NCBI GenBank assembly: GCA_964016885.1
Contig: OZ024745.1
Span: forward strand, 102,734,001-102,798,000
Source of the DNA: Eledone cirrhosa
Lineage: Eukaryota
Direction: 5' to 3'
Length of the DNA stretch: 64,000 nt
The notes beneath the pieces are model-generated. The model did no database searches. It worked only from the letters and a program-made list of their open reading frames with translations, and was not told the origin of the DNA. Below, one piece after another: positions 52,426-64,000 of the stretch. The stretch's first letter is position 1; every line of letters begins with the position of its first letter. Position numbers and translations under genes: made by a program.

Positions 52426-54511
52426 TATATATTATAAGGAGATTATATATTCGTGTACAGATATATATATATATCAATCAGTGAATGGTATCTTTAATAT
52501 GTGTGTGTGGTGGGGTGTCTTTGGCCGATGTGCTGCAGACATCGGAAATGTTTACAGAAATCTGAAATATTGGTCTATTACGATCAAACAATTTTTTAGA
52601 TATTAGTTCTGCATTGAGTTATAAGCACTCCCTCGTCCGTCTCGACATCAGAAATGTAGTAAAGCAACCATTGTTTCATTGAAAACCTACAACTAACGAC
52701 CTTATTGCTAGTAAAATAAAATAATAAATAAAACAAATGTCATATTAAACAGTCTCTGCAGGATAGCATATATCACTTTCAGTACACTGTTGATAACGTC
52801 AGTTATATTTACCACATTAATTTGACATAATTGATACATTATGTTACATAGTTAGCCCGAGAAATCCATATCTAGCATGATTACAGCATATTTATTAGTT
52901 TTAAATTGCACTTTTACAGCATAAGCCTATCTTATAAAAGTTTATCTATAATGACCTATTCTCTTTGTTTATGCTATATCAACTTACAGTATAAATAAAG
53001 ATTTATGAATATCTTCATATATTGGATATTTCTTTCTATAAGAATTTGACTTAGATTTCTTTGTTGAACAAATTTATTATTCCTTAAAACGTCAAAACTG
53101 AATAATTTTTAACATGTTTGTAACTCACCTCCCTTTAAGGAAACTATAGATGATGGAATGATGCCATTCCTAGATGTGTTGCTTTTTTATGCAGAAAGGT
53201 TATCCTTGTTATAATTTCTTTGAAAAGAAGTGAAGGTTGTTGTTGTTTGTTGTTGTTTGTTTTTTGTTGTTGTTTGTTTTTGTTGTTGTTTTTTGTTGTT
53301 GTTGTTTATTTCCTACTATTTTTCCTTTTCGGAGTTTATTCATATCATTGCTCAAGTGAAAATGTATTACTAACGGTGACATAAAGTCACTTATATATGG
53401 AGACTGAGAAGAGAAGGGATGGTGCCAGTATTTTTCTTTTGTCATTGAAGAAATTTCTTGAGGTGACGAATCACAACCGTATCTGAAATGTTGATATCAA
53501 TGTTATCACTACAAATGGATTGAAAAGTATTGATTATTTTTATGAGGAGAGCTCCATATGTTTCTTAGCCTAATGTAATAGTCTTTATTTATAACAGACG
53601 CCGAAGAGTCTGCGACCCAGTTTTGATTTCTGTTTAAGACATTCAATTACAAACGTACCCTTAAAGGCATAAACGTCAAATAACGATGACTCCTCTTTCT
53701 CATAAATCTGAGTCTTTGTGTTTATGTAAGAAAAAAAAAAAATCAATATTACTCATCTAGTAAATTTGATCACAATACCATGATAAATTATATTTCTTAC
53801 ATTTAAAAAATATTTATAACTTTCGTTATCTAGAAGAATGATGGTAGATAGAACATTAGTATTGAGCAGTTATTTTTGGTCTGTAGCTATCTCTTGATAT
53901 ATTGTCAGAGATAAGCATTAATTCTAGCTAAATTATATTCCAGTATCACGTGAATGTTGCTCCAAGGTGAAGATATTTCTTGGCTACACATATATGTATG
54001 TCACCATTATAGATTTTCATATCATTAATAAAGATGTGAGCAGCTTTCACTTTCTATAACTTTGTATATTCTTTGTAATATCAATTGAATGACTTGAGGT
54101 TTTATATTTAAATTTTCTTTATGTTAAAACATGGTAGGCCTGATGTTTTGCGTGTAAATAAGAACTTCAGTTATAATTATCTAAAAATGAATTTGTGTTT
54201 CTCTATAAAATGGTAGTAGATTACTTGTGCACAATGTTCTGCAAACAGGATTAGAATTCTGACAGCCATGATCCAGATGTTGTTGGAATATGGCAGCAAT
54301 GTATTGTTGCTTGTGCTAGAAACAAGCTGTTGAACGACAGTATGGAATATGGAAGTAAAATCATAGCCCTGTTTAGACCAGAAGCAGGTATAGATCAGAC
54401 CAAAAAGGTAACCTAAAAGGTTAGTCATAACAAATTGAGAAATATAGCCTTTGCTAGTATAAAACCTATGCTTTAGTATTTGAACCCGACAAGAGGGAAC
54501 AACATTGCAGA

Positions 54512-54690
54512 GGCAGTATCGGTAGAGGGTCGGACGCCATGCTTTGCAGCATAGAGTTACGGCCCTTTGTGATCTGAGTTCAAATCTCGCCGAGGTTAAC
54601 TTTGCCTTTCATCCTTAAAATCGATAAAATAAAGTACCAGTAATACACAGGGGTAATTTGCTGGCCTTGTGCTAAAAGTAGAAACTATTA
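54512..54690 (+). mobile_element. SINE family A
   Basis: ggcagtatcggtagagggtcggacgcc...aaagtagaaactattat. Confidence 0.9.
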
Positions 54691-56611
54691 TTTGATTTGA
54701 AAATGAGCGGTTCAGAATTAGTGCAAATGTGTTATCAGATATTGGGATAAAGTAATTGTTACTGTAGATTTAAGAAGTAAGTAAAGAATACAGTCAACTG
54801 ATTCCGAGATTATCCATAAAATGTTAATTGATAAATATTTAAATACATCTCATATTGCAGCATTTATATGAAGGTGATGAATGTCTGGAAAATAGTGGAT
54901 TTCATGCTGCAGTTAAACAGTATTTCAAGATTTAACCAGCCCACTACCCTGCATCACTGTATATCTGACTATACGAGTCATATTCCAGAGATGCCATGTC
55001 ATTTCAACAGATATGAGAACTATCGAAAAAGATATGAAATTTCCATAATGCAAATTAAAGAACCACTTTTAGTTAATATGTCGAAAGAACAATCGTGAAA
55101 ACTGCGATTACTTCTTCTGAAGGTTTTTTAAAGTTAGGAAATATCAACATACATACCTCATAGGTAAATTCCTCACTCTAATCAAATTAGGTATGTGTAC
55201 GATTAAATTAAACGTTGACGATTGATCAGAAAATTGTTGGTCCTCCAATTCAAGTCAAAGAGACTGTTTCAATTGGTCTTTCCCATTGATACTATCTATC
55301 GGTCACATCTCCTGACAAATTACACATCGTTTTTTATAAGAATGGAATCATTTACAACCGCTTTGATTCTGGAAAATGTTGTGAGGTTAGGGAATAACAA
55401 TGGAGGTTGTGTGAGTGTGTACGTTTAAAGTAACCGAGATGGCATTGATGGAAATGTTTATATTTGCTAAGGGGATAACATCAATGTATTGAACATGAAA
55501 CCAACAGAGAAAAGGGATTAATTAAACTCTTTTATTGGGTTACAACATTTTTATAGCTGTTTCATTCTTAACTTTTCTGATCTGTTAAACATTCAAAATA
55601 TTTACGTCAAACAAGAATAGGATTCTTCGTTTTTTTGATAGGATTCATTTAGATAAAATACAATGAATTTTATAATAAATTTGTATTGGATATTGGATAG
55701 ATCTCAGCAGAAGATGGTGCTACCGTTATACCGACTAGGCAGCCGTCTATGGCACAAACCTCAGAGTGGTGCATTGCTGAACCTTAAATGATCATAGCTT
55801 TATATAAATTTGTATAATTAAATAAAATAAATAATATCCTGAAATCAATAAATAGATCCCTGAACATCTTTGTTGTGTAGCAGCATTGTGGAAATATCCA
55901 AAACTGTGGAGAGAGTTGTTTGATATTATGATCTGTTATTTGATTTAGTAGGTGAGTGTGGACTGTATTGTGGAAAATGTAAGCTTACTAATTTGTTTAG
56001 TGTAGTGAGAATGAAAAGTATCAAATACTAGGTTCGTCAGCTTACCAAACTGTAAGTAGAAATTATTTTATTTGAGAATGAGATGCATAACTAGAAGTAA
56101 AGAACATGCATTATAGAGCTAACACAGTGCACTAAATACCCAGGCACTGTGTCTGGTGTCTCTACCAGTATATATCATTTCTTACAACGGATGCTTAATA
56201 GGAGCGTTACTAGCTCGATGGAGAAAGCTATTAAAAACGGCAAACAGAAAGGTGCTAAGATATTATTTGTGCTTATTCTACGCAGTAGTAATACGACAAA
56301 GTGGATTAGCTCGGTATGGACACTAACCCTCTATAGTCATGTTACCTATTTAAGGTGACATCGGTTTCCATTGTAAATGGGAACGTAGGATATTAGATGA
56401 TAACTTGTTTTCGTATGTAAATTTTATTAATGATTAACGTGTGTAGCTGCCTGACCTTGTTGTTTTGTAAACAAATAATTAGCTGAAATAACATATTTCC
56501 TTATCCAATGATAGTAGATTATTTGCGTTAACTAATATTTTTTCTATGCTACAACACTTGTGAAGCCATAGGACTCACTCACCAGGGACAACAAAGGATT
56601 CAGTGTTTAAA

Positions 56612-56800
56612 TGTGGATTGGTAGTATCGGTAGAGAGTCGGGCGCTATGCTTTGCAGCGAAGAGTTACGGCCCTTTATGGTCTAAGTCCAAATGCCGCCG
56701 AGGTTAACTTTGCCTTTCATCCTTACGAGGTCGATAAAATAAAGTACCAGTAATGTACTGGGTAATAGCTGGCCTTGTGCCAAAAGTAGAAACAATTATT
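56612..56800 (+). mobile_element. SINE family A
   Basis: gtggattggtagtatcggtagag...agaaacaattat. Confidence 0.9.
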
Positions 56801-57532
56801 TCAAAGACTGTTTTTATTTAATCTTAACAACGGCTGTTAAAATAAAGTCAATACATATTCACAAGACTCTCTCCAGTACAATACATATTCACAAGACACC
56901 CTCTTTGTTTCCAGCCAAAGAGATAGCTGCTATGTGGTCACTCGACATGCTAGAAATAGAACGCATTATATTTAAGCATTGAAGAACACATTAGGTAATT
57001 TACACCCAAATACCCACTAAAAGAGGACATAGATGGCATCTTTGACCATACGTCTGCTTAATCACGTAACTTTTATAATTATAAAAACAACTATGCATAT
57101 GTGTTCACACACACACATGTCTTTATGATATGCATACGTATGTTTAGATGTATTTATATGTCCGCGTATACATCGGTATTTTCGAGTGAATGTGAATGTT
57201 CCTGCATATATATAATATATATATATATAGTCCATTTACCTGCTTATTATCTTAACAGCATGTCAATCTTAAATGTTCTTATTATACTAACACATGCATA
57301 TATACATACAGACGTACGTATGTTCACATTCTCAGATGAATGTGTATGTGTGTGTGTTATTCTCTTTGACTTCATTATTCTGGTTCAAATCACAATAATG
57401 ATGAACAATAAATACTGTTTGGAGAAACACGTCAGCCTATCTACATCATTTAACACTTCATTAAGATTCGCTCCACTGTTTAATTATTCCTAATATACAG
57501 TGTGCGCGCGCGTGTTTATATATATATATATA

Positions 57533-59212
57533 CTAGCAAATTTACCCGGCGTTGCTCGGGGTTTGAAATTATGCTAAGAATATACAGCTAGGAAGTAAAA
57601 GAAGAAGATTATTTGTCCCAACCTGTCAAAATAAGCAGAAGTCTTCAATAATTAATGCAAACGAATATTTAGTGCAATGTTTGTATTCATAAACCTATGT
57701 TGATAATGAAGGAAAACACTGAACAGGATGTAGTTATACAAACGATTAAAGACAATACACGTTGCAAATCTGTAAAAAAAACAGGCAGTTTTGCTAAAGT
57801 ACAAAAAGTTGTAATGAAAGCAGAGTTGTATACAAACAAACAAAAACAATGAGAGTAGAATAAGAGAAAATGTATTCTTTGAGAGCATCCTTTGCTGTGT
57901 ATGGTTAAATTTTGAACTTATAATCCAAAATATCCTACATGACATATTCATTGGTATGTTTTGTAATGAGTAAGGTGAAGTCAAGTCAGAGCTGTAATAA
58001 GTTTTTTTGTTAACATTAAAGCACTTCAGGATAGACGATATTCTTTGTTTTTCTTTTCGGAACAAACGCAAAGAGATTTTCTCGACTTCCAACTCGTGAG
58101 CAGGCAACGTAGAATTGTCCGTGCGAAAAGCAAGGTTCATCCAAGTGAATTCCAGTGACAGACAGAGTTTGACCTTGCGACTTGTTTATGGACATCGCAA
58201 AGGCAACACAAAGGGGAAATTGGGTTCGGCGAAAGGAGAAGGGAGTATCCACGCGTGATGTAGTCAGGCTAATTTTTGTTATTATCACATCCTCGCCTTT
58301 TCCACATCCGGATAGAATGGTAGCGTCAATACTAAGTGGACACAGTTTTTTAACCACAAGGCGTGTACCATTGCATAGTTTGGGAGGAGTGATATTTCTC
58401 AGCAAAATAACTGACCAATGTATTAGGAGGTAAACCAGGAGGATTTAAAGAATTTAGAAATTCAACTGGCTAGTTGAGCGCATCCTGTAGATCACATACA
58501 GTATCAATAGATTTATATATCCGTGGACATCCAGAAAGAATCCTGTTCAGTATGTTCCTTCATTGTCAAAAAAGTTTGATGTGTACGAATACAGCTGGAA
58601 GCATAGATAATGCCTGCCTCAAATGTGGACGAAATTACTTCATAAATGTAAAAGCTGTAGGTCCTAATGGTTTGAATGGAAAGTCCCATAACGATTGTTC
58701 TAAAAATAAACAAACCATCATCAACATCTCGTCAATTCGATACTGCTGTGAGATTAGGCATTTAACGTGAAAATTAACACTTAATATAGTGAAACAAGTT
58801 AAAACAACAAGTGTTTTTTTTTAACTTTGAAAGTGCAACAAAGAATAAACAAGAAACAAACGATAATATTAGTGATTTATCTTCAAATGAATCTGATGTT
58901 TATATTTCTGAAATTTCGTCCGATGATGATTGTTGTTTTAAAATTGAAAACGAAGGTCTCCATATCTCACTCTCTTTATAAGGATTGTCAATAAAGTTGG
59001 TTATCTCCCTTACATCAATTTTGCTACCGATAATTTTGATATCGATTTTGTATTGCTCAACGTGGGTCGATTGGAAAATATTTTGTGATGTGACCATCTT
59101 AGCGACCTGTGCACAGAAAATTTGGTCAAATTCGGTTGGTAATTGTAAAAGTCTTAGGTATCCAAAGTTGTACACAGACACACACACATCCTCGCTTTTA
59201 TATATATAAAGA
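57533..59212 (-). mobile_element. Helitron deletion derivative (1680 bp)
   Basis: 5' A|TCTTTATATATATAAAAGCGAGG. 3' hairpin cccgagcaacgccggg and CTAG|T. Inserted in (TA)n. Confidence 0.92.
58016..58530 (-). pseudogene. PIF1-family helicase C-terminal remnant of Helitron RepHel
   Basis: YKSIDTV...PVEFLNSLNPPGLPP / LRNITPPKLCNGTRLVV...QFPLCVAFAMSINKSQGQTL...FSHGQFYVACSRV...TKNIVYPEVL*. Confidence 0.92.
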
Positions 59213-59727
59213 TATATATATATATATATATTAGTATAAACAATGGAAACATTGTGAATTACACCCCCACTCGATAAGCGAATGAGGTCTGGGATCTTGT
59301 CAATCGAACTCTATTCTCTCTCTCTCTCACACACACGCAAGGTAAATACATATTAATGTATGAAAAGCAAAAACCACATTTTTGGCATGCGAATGATACA
59401 GCCTCACACCAACATAGTGAATTTGGGGGTTTATTTAATGTTACAACAACATTTATTCTCTACAAACCGGTGACCTCTACGTGATTAAGAAGAGACGGGA
59501 TGTGAACCAGTTCTCTCCTACAAGCAGTCTGACGTGGTAAGCAGAGACGTCATTAAAACAGCCCAACACGGCACCCTCAATAATATTCGAACCCTTATGA
59601 CATTCAAATAAAACAGCTACTTTTTATCAACTCACGTGTTTCTTAGTAGTCTTGATTCTAGAAGGACGGTGTGAGGCGAATAGCTTGGATTGAAAAGGTA
59701 TAAACTACTTTTCTGACATGTAAATAA

Positions 59728-60124
59728 CAGACCTGCCAAACTCTAAAAACCCAAACGGGGAGTATTACGAAAAAAAGTGCCCCAAAACGGGGAGAAATGA
59801 GGCAAAATGAGGACATTTTACATAATTGTTTCTACTTTAGGCACAAGGCCAGCAGTTACCCAGTGTATTATGTGGTACTTTATTTTATCGAGCCCCGTAA
59901 GGATAAAAAGCAAAGTCAACCTCGGCGGGATTTGAACTGAGATTGTAAACGGACGTAACTATGCTGGAAAGCATGGCGTCCGACTCTCTACTGATACTGC
60001 CAATCCACCGAGGATATTTTACATAATGAAAGCTATACCCATTTTCACAAGAGAAGACCTCTCTCATCCACCCCCAAAGTGGGTGGGAGATCTCCCCGTC
60101 AGACGGCGAGAGTTAACAGGTCTG
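59728..60124. mobile_element. hAT-like MITE containing a family A SINE (59822-60010, minus)
   Basis: TIRs cagacctgccaa and ttaacaggtctg. The SINE is flanked by gga(c/t)attttacataat. Confidence 0.65.
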
Positions 60125-60367
60125 GAATAATATGAACTTGTACTAATATATTTGATTATGAGGTATATTGAATTTGATGTTTAAGTATGATAAATATGTT
60201 TACTACAATTATTGATTGTGTCGGTACACAAGATATATATATTTAGTGATTAAGATGGTCATTAATTTAAGAGTTTGTGAGTGATGCAATTAACTCAAAA
60301 GAATTATATTTCAGATGTTGATTGTAAGAAGACTAAATTACCTTTAACACATTTTATAATAATAATA

Positions 60368-60795
60368 CTAATGTTTCTACTTTTGGCACAAGGCCAGAAA
60401 TTACTCAGTACATTACTGGTACTTTATTTTATCGACCCCGTAAGGATGAAAGGCAAAGTTAACCTCGGCGGGATTTGAACTCAGAATGGCAAGGGCCGTA
60501 ACTCTATGCGTCAAAGCATAGCGTCCGACCCTCTACCGATACTGCCAATCCAACGCTGTAATAATAATAATTATAATATATAATAATAATGATAATAATA
60601 ATAATAATTGTTTCTACTTTTGGCAGAAGGCCAGCAATTATCCAGTGCATTACTGGTACTTTATTTTATCGACCCCGTAAGGATGAAAGGCAAAGTTAAC
60701 CTCAGCGGGATTTGAACTCAGATCATAAAGGTCCGTAACTCTCTGCTGCAAAGCATGGCGTCTGACCCTCTACTGATACTGCCAATCCACTGCCC

Positions 60796-60827
<32 letters not shown>

Positions 60828-60925
60828 GGGTTTTTACTTTAGGCACAAGGCCAGCAATTTTGGGAGAAGGAGAAATGTTAAATCGACCCCAGTGCATTAC
60901 TGGTGCTTTATTTATCGACCCCATA
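60368..60925 (-). mobile_element. Cluster of three family A SINEs in (AAT)n
   Basis: Copies at ~60368-60557, ~60604-60795 and a partial one at ~60830-60925, separated by (aat)n. Confidence 0.9.
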
Positions 60926-61095
60926 ATAATAATGATGATGATGATGATGGGAAAATGACCTTTCCCACAGACATGGTTACGAGAGCGTAGGACAACAAGC
61001 AAAAAAATTAGAGAAAATTATTGAACTATTAATTCCATATTTAATAAATAAAGCATATTTTATCAAGAAATTATATTTAGAATTTTTAGTTTGTA

Positions 61096-61873
61096 CTAGC
61101 AGAATGGCTCGGCGTTGCTCGGGATTCTAAACATAGATTGGCATGTTTATTCCCCCTTTCTGAAACAGTACAGAGAAGTACGGAATACCTCGGCCTCGGG
61201 ATGGTGTCTACATTTTGTGCTTTCGTGAAATAAATACGTTTGTTTATATTTTGTTTTTGTGTATGCAAAAATATTTGTACACGAATATATAATTATATAT
61301 ATTTATTAAAATAACAGATTAAAGTTTAAGCAAAGAATCGCTGCTTTCACCCTTATCGGGATCTTCTGAAACTAAAAAAGTCAATCTGTGAACGCAGAAG
61401 TAAATATTTCGAAAATCGTTGCAACCGAAGGAAAACAGGAAGACGACACTTTGGTTCGTGAAGACGTTCCCTGGCAATGAACGGAAAATAGCGAAGATAA
61501 TACGTCAGCAATGAGAACAATATATATATATATATATATAAATATATATATTATTATAACACACACACAGATAGAGAAGTCAATGTTTTCATAATGTAGT
61601 AATGCAGATAGCTACACATACAGACAGATATTATAAGGGCGCGACGTTATAGCTATGTATCTATCTAAAAAGAAAGACTAAGAAAAAGAGAGAGAGAGAG
61701 ATCGCTAACCGGCGCCTAATGCGGTCCTTAGGGCATTGAAAATTTGAAATATATTTTGCTCAAAACACTCACACGACTATAAGTATTACATGTGTAAAGT
61801 TTGAAAAAAATTGGTTGGCTGGTTCTCGAGTTTTAGGGGGACAGACAGACATTCTCTGTTTTGGATATATAGA
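61096..61873 (-). mobile_element. Non-autonomous Helitron interrupted by family X
   Basis: 5' A|TCTATATATCCAAAACAGAG. 3' hairpin cccgagcaacgccgag and CTAG|T. Confidence 0.7.
61224..61521 (-). mobile_element. Family X copy (modules D-A-B) with variant hammerhead (61323-61373)
   Basis: Minus strand: agttt CAGAAGA t ccc gataa ggg t GAAA gcag cgattct ttgc TT aaact. Confidence 0.8.
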
Positions 61874-62557
61874 TTTGTCATCACTTTATATATATTGGTG
61901 CAGGCTTGTCTGTGGGATAAAATAGTTCGTTTGGAAATCACGTGGTTTCAGTTTCATTCCCACTGCGTGGCATCCTGGTAAAGTGTTTTTCTATTGAAGT
62001 CTCGGATTTACCAATGCTTTATATGTGAAATTTGGTAGACGGAAAGGTGCGGAAGCCCATCCTATGAACACACACACACACGCACGCACGCACGCATTAT
62101 ATATATATTTATATATATATACATATAATACGTATATATATATATATATGTGTGTGTATATATATATACATACATACACGTATTTTCGCTCTTTATTTTC
62201 TTTCTCGTTTTCTCTCATCACTCCTAACCAAAGTTCCAAATAACTTTTTTCTCCGCTTTACTCGGTTGCACAATTTCCTTGTTGTGCCCTAGTAGTAAGA
62301 CTTTTTTTAAAAATTATATATATATATATCGACTCATAGTTTCCTTGTCTACTGAACCGTTTCTTCAGTCGTAAGACTTTCCTATTTGTTTGCGGTTTCG
62401 TATTTCCGTTGTTCACTGTGTTGTTTGCCAATGTCATAAGACCTTTCATTCTGTATTTTCCGATAATTGTTGTACTGTTCCACACTCATATTTCACTATT
62501 ACTAGATATTTTATAGCTGTACAGCTCGTTATTTCAAGCTGAAAGTCTTGTCACCCA

Positions 62558-62737
62558 CTACCAAAAAGTAATGAGAAACAGTTTATGTTCCCATCGCAGT
62601 ATCGTCCTCTTCGGAGGAGCTGGTTTGCCGAATTTTGCAGTGAAGCCATGTCGCACATCCTCCATGCTCTTGCCAGAATGCACACGATCATGTGTCCATA
62701 CACTTGCAAGCAGCCTCTCTTCCAAACTGTAGCAGCT
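62558..62737 (-). pseudogene. Transposase N-terminal HTH exon (DUF4817-like)
   Basis: After the acceptor ttttctatttcag the frame reads SCYSLEERLLASVWTHDRVHSGKSMEDVRHGFTAKFGKPAPPKRTILRWEHKLF. Confidence 0.65.
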
Positions 62738-62814
62738 CTGAAATAGAAAATTATATTATTATTATTATATATTATAATTAACGATATTATATATTATATT
62801 ATTAAAACAAAAAA

Positions 62815-63265
62815 ATAATTGTTTCTACGTCTGGCACAAGGCCAGCAATTACCCAGTACATTACTGGTTCTTTATTTTATCGACCCCGTAAGGATGAAAG
62901 GCAAAGTTAATCTTGGCCTATCATCCATTAAAACAAAAAAATAATTGTTTCTATTTTTAGGCACAAGGCCAGCAATCACCCAGTACATTACTGGTACTTT
63001 ATTTTATCGACCCCGTAAGGATGAAAGGCAAAGTTAACCTCGGCGGGATTTGAACTCAGACTGTAAAGGGACGTAACTATGCTAGAAAGCATGGCGTCCA
63101 ACCCTCTACCGATACTGCCAATTAAAAAATAATTGTTTCTATTTTAGGCACAAGGCCAGCAATTATCCAGTACATTACTGGTACTTTCTTTTATCGACCC
63201 CGTAAGGATGAAAGGCAAAGTTAACCTCGGCCGGATTTGAACTCAGATCGTAAAGGGACGTAACG
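62815..63265 (-). mobile_element. Three head-to-tail family A SINEs
   Basis: Copies at ~62815-62917, ~62941-63122 and ~63130-63265, each preceded by attaaaa(caaaaa)aataatt. Confidence 0.9.
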
Positions 63266-64000
63266 AAAGTTAAAACAATATGTGACAAGGGTGACAAGAC
63301 TTTCGGACCACCCTGTACATACTAGAAATAAAGTAGCAAACTAGCAGTTGACACAGGAGATAGAAGCGTTTGTTTGTTCCTCCTTTGTGTTTTTTTTTTT
63401 CCTTTTCGCGTGCAATTGTGTGTTTGTTTACGTTTTTTATTTTTGTTTATTTTCGTTCGATAGAGATCGATGAACTAAATATAAGGCTTGAAAAATAAAT
63501 ATTAGAATTGATATGGTCGATTGAATTCATCGAAGCTGGTGCTTCAGCATAGCTGTGGGTTAATGACTAACACCCAGTAAAAGAGGAATAAGTTTTATTT
63601 TTGCTGCCGATGTTGCAATTACATACTATGAGACACACTATTCGCGAAACACTGCTCTACGTAGTCGCTCGACCAGATAGTAATAACATTTTTCTCAAAT
63701 CACATCACCAACCAACCAACCAACCTATACGTCTTAAAAGAAAAAAAAATACGGAAGACACATTGGACCATGTAATATCCTAGATAAACAAATAAGACGA
63801 GGTGATTACAGCCGGAACGACTGTTTAATCAGGGCCGACCTGGGAGCTAAACAACATAATTCGTTTCAATCAAATTGTTTACGTAATATATTTGTCTCCC
63901 AGTAGAGCGACGTTGTGTCCAGTGTAAGAAGGCATTAATGTGAGTGTGTTGATCTGTGTATTAGTGAGATTGCTTCTGAATTTATGGGAGTGAGTTTGTG

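Larger units (their letters stand above)
62541..63315 (-). mobile_element. Tc1/mariner-type deletion derivative
   Basis: Right terminus gggtgacaagactttcggaccaccctg|ta. Inverted remnant gaaagtcttgtcaccc at 62541-62556. Confidence 0.65.

Noticed and set aside
62328-62372. Hammerhead (CTGAAGA...GAAA on the minus strand)
   Set aside because: Stem II does not pair and there is no UH site at the right spacing. At best a remnant.

Overview
AT-rich eukaryotic DNA, intergenic or intronic. An octopod cephalopod origin is likely, inferred from the recurring tRNA-derived SINE families, dense (TA)n microsatellites and Helitron load. I found no intact host protein-coding gene. The long ORFs at 5.3-7.3 kb are artefacts of a (TA)n array. 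The window is a mosaic of transposable elements: a decayed Chapaev3-type transposase with its right TIR, RTE and CRE LINE fragments, more than 20 copies of one SINE family, at least 8 Helitron copies or fragments (two with PIF1 helicase remnants), Tc1/mariner, pogo and hAT MITEs, and a Penelope-like element with a GIY-YIG endonuclease. The most interesting signal is a set of hammerhead-ribozyme (HHR) folds in several unrelated small repeats, mostly embedded in (TA)n tracts. These are: a 498-bp unit bounded by two HHRs (retrozyme-like, 26.1-26.7 kb); a dispersed family whose copies look circularly permuted and share a non-canonical CAGAAGA core; HHRs in both arms of the Penelope-like element; and several fold-back hairpins whose turn lies at or near the HHR. 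All structures were read by eye, coordinates of decayed elements are approximate, and no database search was run.
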